Source: a virus
Virus record (IMG/VR): IMGVR_UViG_3300046727_000269
Reading direction: 5' to 3' (one strand)
Length of the DNA: 60,630 nucleotides
The notes under the pieces are model-generated. The model had not been told where the DNA came from and ran no database searches. It saw only the letters and a program-made list of their open reading frames with translations. Shown here piece after piece: positions 23,461 through 32,431 of this stretch (position 1 is its first letter; every line of letters starts with the position of its first letter). A program made the position numbers and the translations under genes.

Positions 23461-25562
23461 TGGCGGGACACGTTCCCTCCTACTGTGACAATGACCGATC
23501 CGCCTCTAGATGTTGGTATCACTGATAAATTGCTCATAACCGGAACGCCAGTGTTAGCCGTGCGAAGTGCGGCATATAGGGTGTTGTCTGTGACCGTAAC
23601 GGGGATGGTGATAGACACGGGAGTGAACTCCAGGCAGGTAGGCAACAGCGTACATAGATCAATTTGCAACGGAGAATAGCCCAAAAGATCCCATGCTCCC
23701 CCTACCGCACTCCCCCCTGGAACCGTCCCAGGACCATTGTAAATCACTCCATTCACATCCATACCAAAGGTAATGACCCCTGTAGAATAGGCTCCCCCAA
23801 AAGCGAAATTGTATGTCACATTGTAGGTTCCGTTTGGAACGATATATTTAAATCTGAGATCATCACCGAACCAGCAAGTCTGATACAACCCGACATCAGT
23901 CAGTGGGGGCCACCCGAACGGGCTGTAGCATACCGTATTCCCCGCAAGTCTCCAGATCGCTCCGTTCCCCGTATACCAGATGTTCCCATTCGCGTCTGGG
24001 CCATAATTACCATCCGGCGCAAGGCTTGACCCGTTAAGGTGGATGTAAATTCCCGTGTTCGGGTAGCTAAATACGTTGAAGTAAATCGCTTGGCTACTAT
24101 CCGCTGTTGGCGTGATGGTGACTATAGTAGTCTGCCGACTTGCACAAGTTGCGGGAGGCGTATAAAGTCCGCCGCTGGTCAATGTGCCGATCGATGGACT
24201 CATGGTAGCCGTAAATGTTGTAGTCCCTGAGCCGTTTACCCACACCGGGAGTTGATACGCGGGAGCCCCACACATAAAAGAATATCCAATCGATTGCGCA
24301 GTTCCGACCATTACGGGCTGTAGGATTACAGGCATCGTGGAAGATTCGGATGAACCGTTCGTTGCAATCACAGTGACAAAATCATCCGGCGTCACTGAAC
24401 CATTAGCGGGATCGACGCGACCTGTTTGATAGCCGGGAGAGGTCACAGTCATGTCTTCTAAAGAAGATTCGTCTACAACCTCAAATTGGGTTGCCGGAAC
24501 TCCTCCTCCACCAAGCATCTCCTGTTCAAGAGCGTAGAAAAGAGTATATGTCCCAACGGCATCCGTCATGGTTTGAACAGCCATGCGGTTCCCGCCGTCG
24601 TCCATGAAGAGGCCATAGTCCTTTACAGCGGTCAGGAAGCATTGTACGGCAGTACTATACCCAGAAATGTTAAATGAAGATTTCAGGCGCACCCTGGTTC
24701 CATACGGGATCATCCCAGCGAAAGGGTTGGGAATCGCCGTGGCGGGCCAGACGAAGTAGTTTGCATTTAGGCTATTATCTAGCGTGAACCGAAATCCATG
24801 CTTGATCGGTACCCCGTTGTCAATACAGTTCTGTATTTCCGAGTAGCGTAACGCTAGGGGGATCATGGGCATCCCAGAGGCATCGGCAGTTCCGGTTGTA
24901 GGCTGAATGTAGTTGTCGTGATACTTGTATCCGCTCTGGGCGTTACAGGTTATGCACTCGCCGACATTATCCCCAATTTTGTAGGGGGCATACACTTCGT
25001 AGAAAGTTCCGTCCTGCCGATTGACCCCCAACACATGATGGTCATTAGCCGGACTTCCGAAAAAACCAGCCTCAACTCCGATATCCGCTATCCCGAGCCA
25101 CGGGAAATTGGCGTTCTGTCCCGAGGTGTAGTTAAAGAGCATCGGGATCGTAGGCGTCAAATTTGTATACAAGTTCTGAGGAAAACTGATTTCCAAGTGC
25201 AGCGCTTGAGACCCTACTTGAGTTTGCAGATATGTGGTCAGCCCAGCATCGGTAGGTAGCGCATCGATGCGGGTGTTTATCACGTGATCGTTTGGGAGCG
25301 CCTGCACGCCTAGGAAGTTATTTTTGGCTGTCACTGATGAAGGGGCCGTATAGAGACCAGTGGAAGAGTTTATGGAACCCTTGCTTCCAGCCGCCAGGGT
25401 CCAGGTAACAGCCTGATTTGCCGTTAACGTCATTGTGGTATTTGCGGCTACGCAGGGGATCGGGCCTCCTGGGTCTGGATGGCAAGTAGTCGTTCCGGGG
25501 GTGATCGTAGGTGCAACTGCCCAGCAGTTAATCACCGTTAAGAAGAAAATAATCCTGTTCAT
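23457..25562 (-). CDS. Large signal-peptide protein (701 aa), Ig-like N-terminal region, Thr/Ser/Asn/Gly-rich
   Basis: Start ATG 25562 (MNRIIFFLTVINCWAVAPT); TLTANQAVTWTLAAGSKGSINSSTGLYTAP is Big-like; many NxS/T sequons. Confidence 0.7.
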   Translation of the reverse strand: MNRIIFFLTVINCWAVAPTITPGTTTCHPDPGGPIPCVAANTTMTLTANQAVTWTLAAGSKGSINSSTGLYTAPSSVTAKNNFLGVQALPNDHVINTRIDALPTDAGLTTYLQTQVGSQALHLEISFPQNLYTNLTPTIPMLFNYTSGQNANFPWLGIADIGVEAGFFGSPANDHHVLGVNRQDGTFYEVYAPYKIGDNVGECITCNAQSGYKYHDNYIQPTTGTADASGMPMIPLALRYSEIQNCIDNGVPIKHGFRFTLDNSLNANYFVWPATAIPNPFAGMIPYGTRVRLKSSFNISGYSTAVQCFLTAVKDYGLFMDDGGNRMAVQTMTDAVGTYTLFYALEQEMLGGGGVPATQFEVVDESSLEDMTVTSPGYQTGRVDPANGSVTPDDFVTVIATNGSSESSTMPVILQPVMVGTAQSIGYSFMCGAPAYQLPVWVNGSGTTTFTATMSPSIGTLTSGGLYTPPATCASRQTTIVTITPTADSSQAIYFNVFSYPNTGIYIHLNGSSLAPDGNYGPDANGNIWYTGNGAIWRLAGNTVCYSPFGWPPLTDVGLYQTCWFGDDLRFKYIVPNGTYNVTYNFAFGGAYSTGVITFGMDVNGVIYNGPGTVPGGSAVGGAWDLLGYSPLQIDLCTLLPTCLEFTPVSITIPVTVTDNTLYAALRTANTGVPVMSNLSVIPTSRGGSVIVTVGGNVSRQ

Positions 25563-25563
25563 T

Positions 25564-26283
25564 TTATTGCCCCAAGAAGACTGCATTTGCGGCAACGCAG
25601 ACTCCGGCACTAGCAGTCCACGTTGGATTCACCGTACCAGAGCTTACTAGATAACTAGCTCGGCCACCAAAGTTTGATCCCGATCCAGGCATATTGGTTA
25701 GTTCATTGGCGGTGAATCCAAGGTCTACGGTGAAAGTTGCATTCGCCGCCGAAGCTGTCCCCGTCAATGTGACGCTATTTGAATTGCTGGGCGTCTCGCT
25801 TCCCCCCTGGCAGGTACTAGCTCCCGTTGCGCCCTTATCCGAACCGGCGTCAAATACTCCGCTTGTCTTCATCCCACTGAATACGAAGTAGCAAACATCA
25901 GAGAAGCTGGCTGCGACAGAAACGGAGAGAGAGTGCCCCGTGGACATGGACGCGGGGTTCTGCTCATAGAACACCTGAATAGAGGCATCACCCGTGAAAG
26001 CATAACGAGTGAGCGTAGTAATGCTGTTTCCTTGATCGTCTGTGACTACAGGAACGCCGAAATCGTATCCTATGGCGTAGCCCGCTATGAAGTTCCCTCC
26101 GGTGGCGTTGAAGGTTGGAGTAGTGCCGCCGTTAGCACCCAGAATCACGCAATCGCCCGTAATAAAAGTTGGAGTGGTTCCCCCGGAGCTAGCCTTGCCT
26201 GCCAGGATCGGAAGAAGGATCTGCGCTCGCAGGTTGCAGAGTGGAGCCAAAAGAAGAATAAATGCTAGGAGATAATTTGTCAT
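25564..26283 (-). CDS. Signal-peptide protein (239 aa)
   Basis: Start ATG 26283 (MTNYLLAFILLLAPLCNLRAQ), 2 nt after the upstream stop. Confidence 0.6.
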   Translation of the reverse strand: MTNYLLAFILLLAPLCNLRAQILLPILAGKASSGGTTPTFITGDCVILGANGGTTPTFNATGGNFIAGYAIGYDFGVPVVTDDQGNSITTLTRYAFTGDASIQVFYEQNPASMSTGHSLSVSVAASFSDVCYFVFSGMKTSGVFDAGSDKGATGASTCQGGSETPSNSNSVTLTGTASAANATFTVDLGFTANELTNMPGSGSNFGGRASYLVSSGTVNPTWTASAGVCVAANAVFLGQ

Positions 26284-26285
26284 GC

Positions 26286-27725
26286 TCAGTGCTTCGTCCA
26301 TGTCCCCGAGTGCGGTAGGAACATCCAGTGCGTCGAGTCGATTCCATAAACGCAAGCTCCATCGCGGGCCGCGCCACCTGAGGTCACGTTGCCGCCCGTC
26401 GCCGTCAGCGTGCCATCGGTGAACACCATAAACTGACCGCTCGCCGAGGTGGAGAACGTGAGCACGCCAGTGTCCGCCGCCGACCCATTCCACCCATTGT
26501 CGATACAGCGTTGGAGCCCTGATGCCGCCGTTGGCAAAGTGTACGTTACTCCTGCCCCCGCCGTTGCTTCTTGATTGACTGTAAACGCCGTTGAAAGGAC
26601 TGCACTCGTCCCAGTGGTAATGACTGTGACAGCACTCCCCGACAACACAATCCAATTGGTCCCATTACAGTAGATTGATACATGATTTGTCCCGCTCCCC
26701 GCTACCACGGCCCCCTGCTCAGTTGTAGTTGAGTCCGTTACAGTGCCGATCGTGCCGTCGTAAGAGGATGAACAGGATGGGAAGTTGCTAAAGGCTACTG
26801 GTGGGTATTCCGTACCGTGCCACAGTGAACTTGGGACGGAAGCCACGGCACTCTGGTAAGAGGCACCGTCCCATGTAAAATCCTGTAGAGTAGTCGCTCC
26901 AGATGTGCAATCGGGAGCTACTCCTCCCTTGAAGATTGCATTGTACGCTACCGTACGACAGGATGTGTCCTGTATCCAAATGATTCGGTAAGGCCCAGAT
27001 CCGTGAGGATTGCTAGGTACACCTAAAGTTGTGTTCCCGGACGCCATCGTTATTACCGTGACGTTGGATAAACTCCAGTCAATAGTAGTGGTGCCCCCTG
27101 ATACGTAGGTAGTGGTACTGGGTGGTGCCCAAGTCAAGGCTTTAGAGGCGTTGATGGACCCGTCAGACCCTTGGTTGAGATTAGCAGGCCCACAGATACC
27201 AGCACCAACAAACAACTGTATGTCTCCAGCAACACCTTGAGGACAATTACTCCCTGACCCACCACCACCGCTTCCGGCGTACCCAGTTTTGTATCCATAT
27301 AGGACACCAAATACCGTCCCCGTTCCCGTCAACCCAGACAGAGTGACCCGGATGAAGGGGATGTCTACGGTGCCGTTCTTAAACGTCGTCACGGCCCCGG
27401 TAGTAGAGGTGTTAGGGTTCGCCCCCGTAGCGACGGTACCGGCGTACGTGACCCAGGAACCGGGAGTGGTAGGGGTAGAGGCGGGGGCGGACTGCACCGT
27501 GATGGTGAGTCCGCTGAACCCCACGGAGGTATATTGAAACGTCCACGTTTGACAGGCGGTGAAGTAATTGGCAAAAGTGGATGTAGACCCCGCCGTGGTG
27601 CGATTGTTTATCAATATCACACAGTCCGGGGGCGGTGGATTGTTCTGGGCACGCGCATCTTTCCCTGTGAAAAGGGCCAATGCCATCAGTAGAACAAAAA
27701 GCGAAGCGTACTTTTTCGGTCGCAT
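26286..27725 (-). CDS. Signal-peptide protein (479 aa), Thr/Ser/Gly/Asn-rich
   Basis: Start ATG 27725 (MRPKKYASLFVLLMALALFTGKDARAQNN); sequons NRT, NTS, NGT, NVT, NTT, NGS; motif copy lies inside the signal-peptide codons. Confidence 0.7.
   Translation of the reverse strand: MRPKKYASLFVLLMALALFTGKDARAQNNPPPPDCVILINNRTTAGSTSTFANYFTACQTWTFQYTSVGFSGLTITVQSAPASTPTTPGSWVTYAGTVATGANPNTSTTGAVTTFKNGTVDIPFIRVTLSGLTGTGTVFGVLYGYKTGYAGSGGGGSGSNCPQGVAGDIQLFVGAGICGPANLNQGSDGSINASKALTWAPPSTTTYVSGGTTTIDWSLSNVTVITMASGNTTLGVPSNPHGSGPYRIIWIQDTSCRTVAYNAIFKGGVAPDCTSGATTLQDFTWDGASYQSAVASVPSSLWHGTEYPPVAFSNFPSCSSSYDGTIGTVTDSTTTEQGAVVAGSGTNHVSIYCNGTNWIVLSGSAVTVITTGTSAVLSTAFTVNQEATAGAGVTYTLPTAASGLQRCIDNGWNGSAADTGVLTFSTSASGQFMVFTDGTLTATGGNVTSGGAARDGACVYGIDSTHWMFLPHSGTWTKH
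27660..27672 (-). promoter_or_regulatory. TTTCACAGGGAAA motif, exact copy, gene sense, intragenic
   Basis: Encodes LFTGK within the signal peptide of 26286..27725, 53 nt after its ATG. Confidence 0.5.
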
Positions 27726-27726
27726 C

Positions 27727-28068
27727 TTATTTCCTTCCATGTTCGTTGCGTCCATTGTGCTCATCGTCGAGCTTATCCAACCTTCGTGCAATGTCTTTCT
27801 GAACTAGCTCATCCTGTACCAGATGTACTTCCACTTGCCTACTTAGGTCCACGAGCTTTTGACGGGACCCATTCACATCTTTCCTCGTCTCGTCCACCTT
27901 CAACTCAACACGATCTATCTTGCCGCTCAGGCTCTCAAACTCATTCAGGTTCTGGATATGCCGGATCTCCACACGCTTGTCCCAACGGTGGTAAGCGAAT
28001 AAGACCCCGCCGACTGTTCCTACTCCTGTGATAATGTTCCCCAGGCTTATGGTTGTGTCGAAAACCAC
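27727..28068 (-). CDS. Membrane-anchored coiled-coil protein (113 aa)
   Basis: ITGVGTVGGVLFAY TM segment followed by a heptad-like charged region. Confidence 0.6.
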   Translation of the reverse strand: MVFDTTISLGNIITGVGTVGGVLFAYHRWDKRVEIRHIQNLNEFESLSGKIDRVELKVDETRKDVNGSRQKLVDLSRQVEVHLVQDELVQKDIARRLDKLDDEHNGRNEHGRK

Positions 28069-28098
28069 CGCTTTGGCCCTTTCTTACGTCCATATTTT

Positions 28099-30225
28099 TT
28101 AGTGCCTCGGCCAGAAGTACCCGTGCAGTCCCGCGACTACGTTCCCCACCCCCGCCGTCAGTGCCCCCGTGACGTTCGGTGCCGCGACGATGTACCGGAT
28201 CAGATCACCGGACCTGACTTGAAGCCCCCCGGCAATGGGTGACATGTTCTGTAGCGTGCCGATGCTCACCTCCATCAACCCACAGTCCCGCATGAAGCGG
28301 CCCGCAGATTCCAGCCGCCAAACAATGTCCCCAGAGCCCTCGACAAAGATTGGCACGGGGAACGCGGTGGGATCGGTAATGTACCCGTGGTACTGGCCCA
28401 GGATCACGCCATCGTAGCCTATGGGGACACGGAACTGGAATATCACGTTGTCACCCGAGGCCACCGTGGGTAACGGGATCGCCCCGGTAGGATTGAAGGC
28501 GATGGCTCCCTCGGGCGGTCCCATCGGCACTTCCTCGTGCTCGGAAAAGTTCCCGCCCCAGTCCCGCTCGTCAGTACAAAAACAGAACGGCTTCACCCCA
28601 CACTTGAGGAGTTCCCGGTTGATGAGCTTATAGAGGAGGTATTCTCGGCCTAAGCACGAATCAAAGTGGTTGAGGATGACGTGAATGAATCCTCTACCCC
28701 CCGTTGACGGTACTGGCGGGATGACGATAGAGCAATTTGCAGTTGCCGTTGCCCCGAGTGAATCAGTCGCTTGCACCGTGAAGGAGAAGGTGCCGGACAG
28801 TAATGGAATCCCCGTGATGATGCCGGTGGCGGGATCGAGGGTTAGGCCAGGTGGGAGAGAACCGGAAATGATGGCGTAGGTGTAAGGGGGCGTACCACCT
28901 GTCGCTACTACCGTCCCCGTGTAGAGGATGTTCAACGTGGCGGAACCGATGGGACACGTGACGATGACGGGGGCCACGACTCCTATGGATAAATGAAACT
29001 GCCCTTGATATATCTCCGTCCCCGCTTGAATTGGGAAAAGTCCAATCATTGCTCTGACGCCAAAACTAAGTTGGCGAACAGAGACAGAGTTGGGGGTGTT
29101 CTCCCCGTTAAGACCACCCGCTTGAGGCGGTGGCGTAACGGGGGGGTCCACCGCCTTGTCCCAGTAGACCGATTCCACCGCCCAAGGTCCTACCAACGCG
29201 GGGGACGTGGACTGGAGTACTTGATTCGGAGTATTCCCCGGCCCAGGCCCTTGCCACGTCCACATGGAGGTGAGAGTGAGGCCGTCTGGCGAAATGCAGA
29301 AGTCCGTCCAGAAAGTGTCCTCGTCCGCATTGATATCCGAGGCCACCACCACCGTTGCAAACACTGGCGGCGACACACTCATATCTGCCGTAAGCATGGT
29401 TGGTTGGATGGTGGAGGGGGTAGGGAAGAAGGGGAGGCACCAACCAATCTTGTTTTCCGCCGCTACAAATTTCCCCTGCGCGTTCCACCCTTGGCCGAGA
29501 TCGTAGCGATTGTCGTTCCAAGGGGTGGAGTAGGGGAACGCGACGGATTTTGCCGAGAACCCACCACCCGAGGTCCAGGTAGCCACGTAGTACTGGGCAT
29601 CCACCTGTGAGTCCCACGTCATCACCACCGTGTCGGCATTGTCAATCCCCATGAGGTTGACGAAGTTTGAAGCGGATAGACTGCCCGCCTGGAGTAGGTG
29701 AGGGGTGCCCCAGACTCCCGCTGAGGAACACGTTACCGCGAGTACGCTACCGGTGCCTGATGACGTATCCGTGTAGAATGCAACAAAGGTCCCCGTTGAG
29801 GTCCGTGCTAGAAGTTGGTTTGGTGCCGAGGCCCCCGCATTCGGCCCCCCCGTGGCAATCGAAGTCCACGTGTCGGTAGCCATGTTGAAACTGAAAATCG
29901 ACAGTGGGTTAGAAAACTTACCTACCCCTTGTTGCGTGAGGATGTAAAGGATATTGCCGCCAGACGACGGGTAGAAGCAGGAACTAAACCAGTCTTGGAT
30001 TCCCCCTGTTGGTGCTCCTGGGATGTCTTGTTCGGTGAAGGTCACTCCACTGTCAGTGGATTTGAAAACCCCGGTACGGATTGCTACCTGGGTAACGGCG
30101 TCGAAGACGGACAATACTTCGTAGATCGCGCCACCGCGCTCAAACGGGCCTTGGTTTCCGTCTCCTAGGTTGTACCCATAGATGATGTCCCCAGGCTGAA
30201 TGATGTGTGGTGTTGGTCCCGGCAT
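28099..30225 (-). CDS. Fibre/spike-like protein (708 aa): propeller-like N-terminus, Ig-like domain, C-terminal domain paralogous to 30955..31623
   Basis: Asp-box-like STDSGVTF; TGGTPPYTYAIISGSLPPGLTLDPATGIITGIP Ig-type repeat; C-terminal VPIGYDGV...FVEGSGDIVWRLESAGRFMRD...GYFWPRH matches the neighbouring 222-aa protein. Confidence 0.75.
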   Translation of the reverse strand: MPGPTPHIIQPGDIIYGYNLGDGNQGPFERGGAIYEVLSVFDAVTQVAIRTGVFKSTDSGVTFTEQDIPGAPTGGIQDWFSSCFYPSSGGNILYILTQQGVGKFSNPLSIFSFNMATDTWTSIATGGPNAGASAPNQLLARTSTGTFVAFYTDTSSGTGSVLAVTCSSAGVWGTPHLLQAGSLSASNFVNLMGIDNADTVVMTWDSQVDAQYYVATWTSGGGFSAKSVAFPYSTPWNDNRYDLGQGWNAQGKFVAAENKIGWCLPFFPTPSTIQPTMLTADMSVSPPVFATVVVASDINADEDTFWTDFCISPDGLTLTSMWTWQGPGPGNTPNQVLQSTSPALVGPWAVESVYWDKAVDPPVTPPPQAGGLNGENTPNSVSVRQLSFGVRAMIGLFPIQAGTEIYQGQFHLSIGVVAPVIVTCPIGSATLNILYTGTVVATGGTPPYTYAIISGSLPPGLTLDPATGIITGIPLLSGTFSFTVQATDSLGATATANCSIVIPPVPSTGGRGFIHVILNHFDSCLGREYLLYKLINRELLKCGVKPFCFCTDERDWGGNFSEHEEVPMGPPEGAIAFNPTGAIPLPTVASGDNVIFQFRVPIGYDGVILGQYHGYITDPTAFPVPIFVEGSGDIVWRLESAGRFMRDCGLMEVSIGTLQNMSPIAGGLQVRSGDLIRYIVAAPNVTGALTAGVGNVVAGLHGYFWPRH

Positions 30226-30247
30226 CTTTTCTTATTCCGGGTTCAGA

Positions 30248-30283
30248 CTACCGGGGGTACACGAACCACCCCGTGATGCTACA
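30248..30283 (-). pseudogene. Relic duplicate of the last 11 codons of gene 30955..31623
   Basis: Minus strand TGT AGC ATC ACG GGG TGG TTC GTG TAC CCC CGG TAG = CSITGWFVYPR*; the intact gene ends VSITGWVYPR*; they share AGCATCACGGG and then differ synonymously. Confidence 0.65.
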
Positions 30284-30292
30284 ATCAAATTC

Positions 30293-30952
30293 ATGCCCAC
30301 AGTTCCAAAACTGATCCCAAAAGCTGGTGATAGATTTGGACTCTGGACAGTGCTCGGCCCTGCCAGGGAGAAACATAACTATCGTGCGCGTTATTACTTT
30401 TGCCTTTGCGACTGTGGCACTGAAAGGGACGTGAATGTATACCGCCTCAGAGAAAGAACGTATTGCAGTTATGCACGCCATGAGGTAGGAAACACTGTTC
30501 ATGGGTTGTGTCGCGTGAAGGGAGCAGACGGACGTTCGATCAGAGATAAACAGACACCCGAGTATGTTGCATGGCGCAATATGAAACAGCGTTGCTACAA
30601 TCCAAATTTCTCTGGGTATGAGAGGTGGGGTGGTCGCGGCATCACCGTTTGCACTCGTTGGCTTGAGTCGTTTGAAAACTTTTTTCAGGACATGGGTAAA
30701 CGCCCAAGCTCCCGTCACACACTTGAACGCAAGAACAATTCTCTCAACTACACTCCTAACAATTGCAAATGGGCAACGAGAGAAAGGCAGTCGAACAACA
30801 CTAGGACTAATCGAATCCTCACGCACAACGGGAAGAGCCTGACTGTGGCTGATTGGGCCAGGGAAACGGGGATCTCCTACGTCGTTCTTTCGAGCCGTGT
30901 TAGGTATGGATGGTCCATTGAAAGAATACTCACGGCCCCAGTGAGAAAATAA
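30293..30952 (+). CDS. HNH-like (degenerate) homing-endonuclease-type protein, paralog 2
   Basis: EYVAWRNMKQRC...WGGRGITVCTRWLESFENFFQDMGKRP...LERKNNSLNYTPNNCKWATRERQSNNTR plus C-terminal HTH-like GKSLTVADWARETGIS; plus strand inside a minus-strand block; A/T-richer. Confidence 0.7.
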   Translation: MPTVPKLIPKAGDRFGLWTVLGPAREKHNYRARYYFCLCDCGTERDVNVYRLRERTYCSYARHEVGNTVHGLCRVKGADGRSIRDKQTPEYVAWRNMKQRCYNPNFSGYERWGGRGITVCTRWLESFENFFQDMGKRPSSRHTLERKNNSLNYTPNNCKWATRERQSNNTRTNRILTHNGKSLTVADWARETGISYVVLSSRVRYGWSIERILTAPVRK

Positions 30953-30954
30953 AT

Positions 30955-31623
30955 TCATCGAGGATATACCCATCCCGTGATGCTGACCACGATCTTACTC
31001 GTCGCGTTGATTCGTGCGTCGGCTCCGGGGGCGAAGGCGACGAAGAACTGAAGGATGTCCTCGGACCATACCCTAAGTCCGCCTCGTGGTACCGGGCTAG
31101 GTGACGTGAGACTGCCCAGGCTCGTCTTGATGTTCCCGTGGTCACGGAGGAAGCGGCCCGAGGCACTGAGCCGCCAGATGAGGTCACCGGACCCTTCCAC
31201 AAACCCCGTGGCGGTACCTCCAGCCCCCGGCAGAATCCCGCATACCACATCGGTAATCACACCATCGTATCCGACCGGCACCAACTCATTGCCCGATTGT
31301 GTGTTGAACGGGACCTGAGTATCAAGCCCGTTGAATCCCACCATCCCTGGGACTGCCAACAGGCCAATGGGCTTAAACCGTCTCCCCTCGGCGGGCATCG
31401 CGATCCAAGGGCGGGTAGTGTAGGGGGTGCGACCTCGGGGGCAACATATTTTACGTAATCCACCTCCCGCCACCATTTGGTTCCACAGCATCCGGTCAGA
31501 GTTCAGACAGGCATCGTACGAGTTGGGCCGTTGTGACGGCTTCTGGAGGCACGTGTTGATGATTACCGTGCTACGAGTTGTTTGGTACGCCGGTATTACC
31601 GCGTTGCCCTGTTGTGGGTCCAT
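30955..31623 (-). CDS. Virion-associated candidate (222 aa), paralog of the C-terminal domain of the 708-aa protein
   Basis: VPVGYDGVITD...FVEGSGDLIWRLSASGRFLRDHG...ITGWVYPR aligns with the C-terminus of 28099..30225. Confidence 0.65.
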   Translation of the reverse strand: MDPQQGNAVIPAYQTTRSTVIINTCLQKPSQRPNSYDACLNSDRMLWNQMVAGGGLRKICCPRGRTPYTTRPWIAMPAEGRRFKPIGLLAVPGMVGFNGLDTQVPFNTQSGNELVPVGYDGVITDVVCGILPGAGGTATGFVEGSGDLIWRLSASGRFLRDHGNIKTSLGSLTSPSPVPRGGLRVWSEDILQFFVAFAPGADARINATSKIVVSITGWVYPR

Positions 31624-32256
31624 CTATATCACCGCCTCTTCATACAACCCCGATTGCATCAGGAGTTGGCGCATCTGTTCCGGTGGTACGCACGGCTCGG
31701 CAATGAGGAGAGTGACTTGGCACGTCAAGGATTGACCAATGGGTGGCGTGCTCGTGTCCACGAGGCGATTGTAAATCTCAACGTCGATTAGACCCGGCTC
31801 TCCAATCAGTCCCGGTTGGGCGAACAGGAACGGGTTGCGGCGATTCTGACTACCATTCGCCGGACTCGCACAGGCGATTTGGTACGAGTAGATGTAGTCA
31901 GAGAAGAGGGCTGTTTCCGTACAGGCGTCGGTAACCTGCACATGGACATCTCCGTTGATGGTGCCCTGGACCAGGGAATCGTTGAGGGAGGCAGGGGCCG
32001 AGAAACAAATCCCCCAGAGGTATGATCCGGGGAGACAGTTCACTTGCCGCTCGATCTGAGTGAAGGGACCGATGGGGTTCTCGTTGTCGTCGGCGTCGGG
32101 GATGAGGTAGTGACGGCAACGGTACCCACGGGAGCGGCGGAGGACTTCCATTTGCGCGAGGGCACTGGCACGGTACGTCGTGCTGAGGTACAGCATACTC
32201 GCACTCAGTACGAATCCGTCGAGGATCGGGGGGTAGTCGATATTGGTCCCGCTCAT
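31624..32256 (-). CDS. Beta-rich structural candidate (210 aa)
   Basis: ORF track; abuts both neighbours (adjacent stop/start and ATGA overlap). Confidence 0.65.
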   Translation of the reverse strand: MSGTNIDYPPILDGFVLSASMLYLSTTYRASALAQMEVLRRSRGYRCRHYLIPDADDNENPIGPFTQIERQVNCLPGSYLWGICFSAPASLNDSLVQGTINGDVHVQVTDACTETALFSDYIYSYQIACASPANGSQNRRNPFLFAQPGLIGEPGLIDVEIYNRLVDTSTPPIGQSLTCQVTLLIAEPCVPPEQMRQLLMQSGLYEEAVI

Positions 32257-32402
32257 TGCAACGTCAACCTCTCTTTAAGACGGAAATTCTCCCAGCGCAA
32301 GGATGAGATCACCTCCCCTAACCGGCGTAGATTGTACGAGGCCAAGAAGGAATGGAAGGCCGGTTCCTTCCCAGGGTCGTGGTACAGTCCATCGGAATAC
32401 AT
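32253..32402 (-). CDS. Small ORF (49 aa)
   Basis: MYSDGLYHDPGKEPAFHSF...; fills the 175-nt gap; stop overlaps the next start (ATGA); weak RBS. Confidence 0.35.
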   Translation of the reverse strand: MYSDGLYHDPGKEPAFHSFLASYNLRRLGEVISSLRWENFRLKERLTLQ

Positions 32403-32431
32403 CACGGTGTTGTCACGGGCCTGTGTCACCC

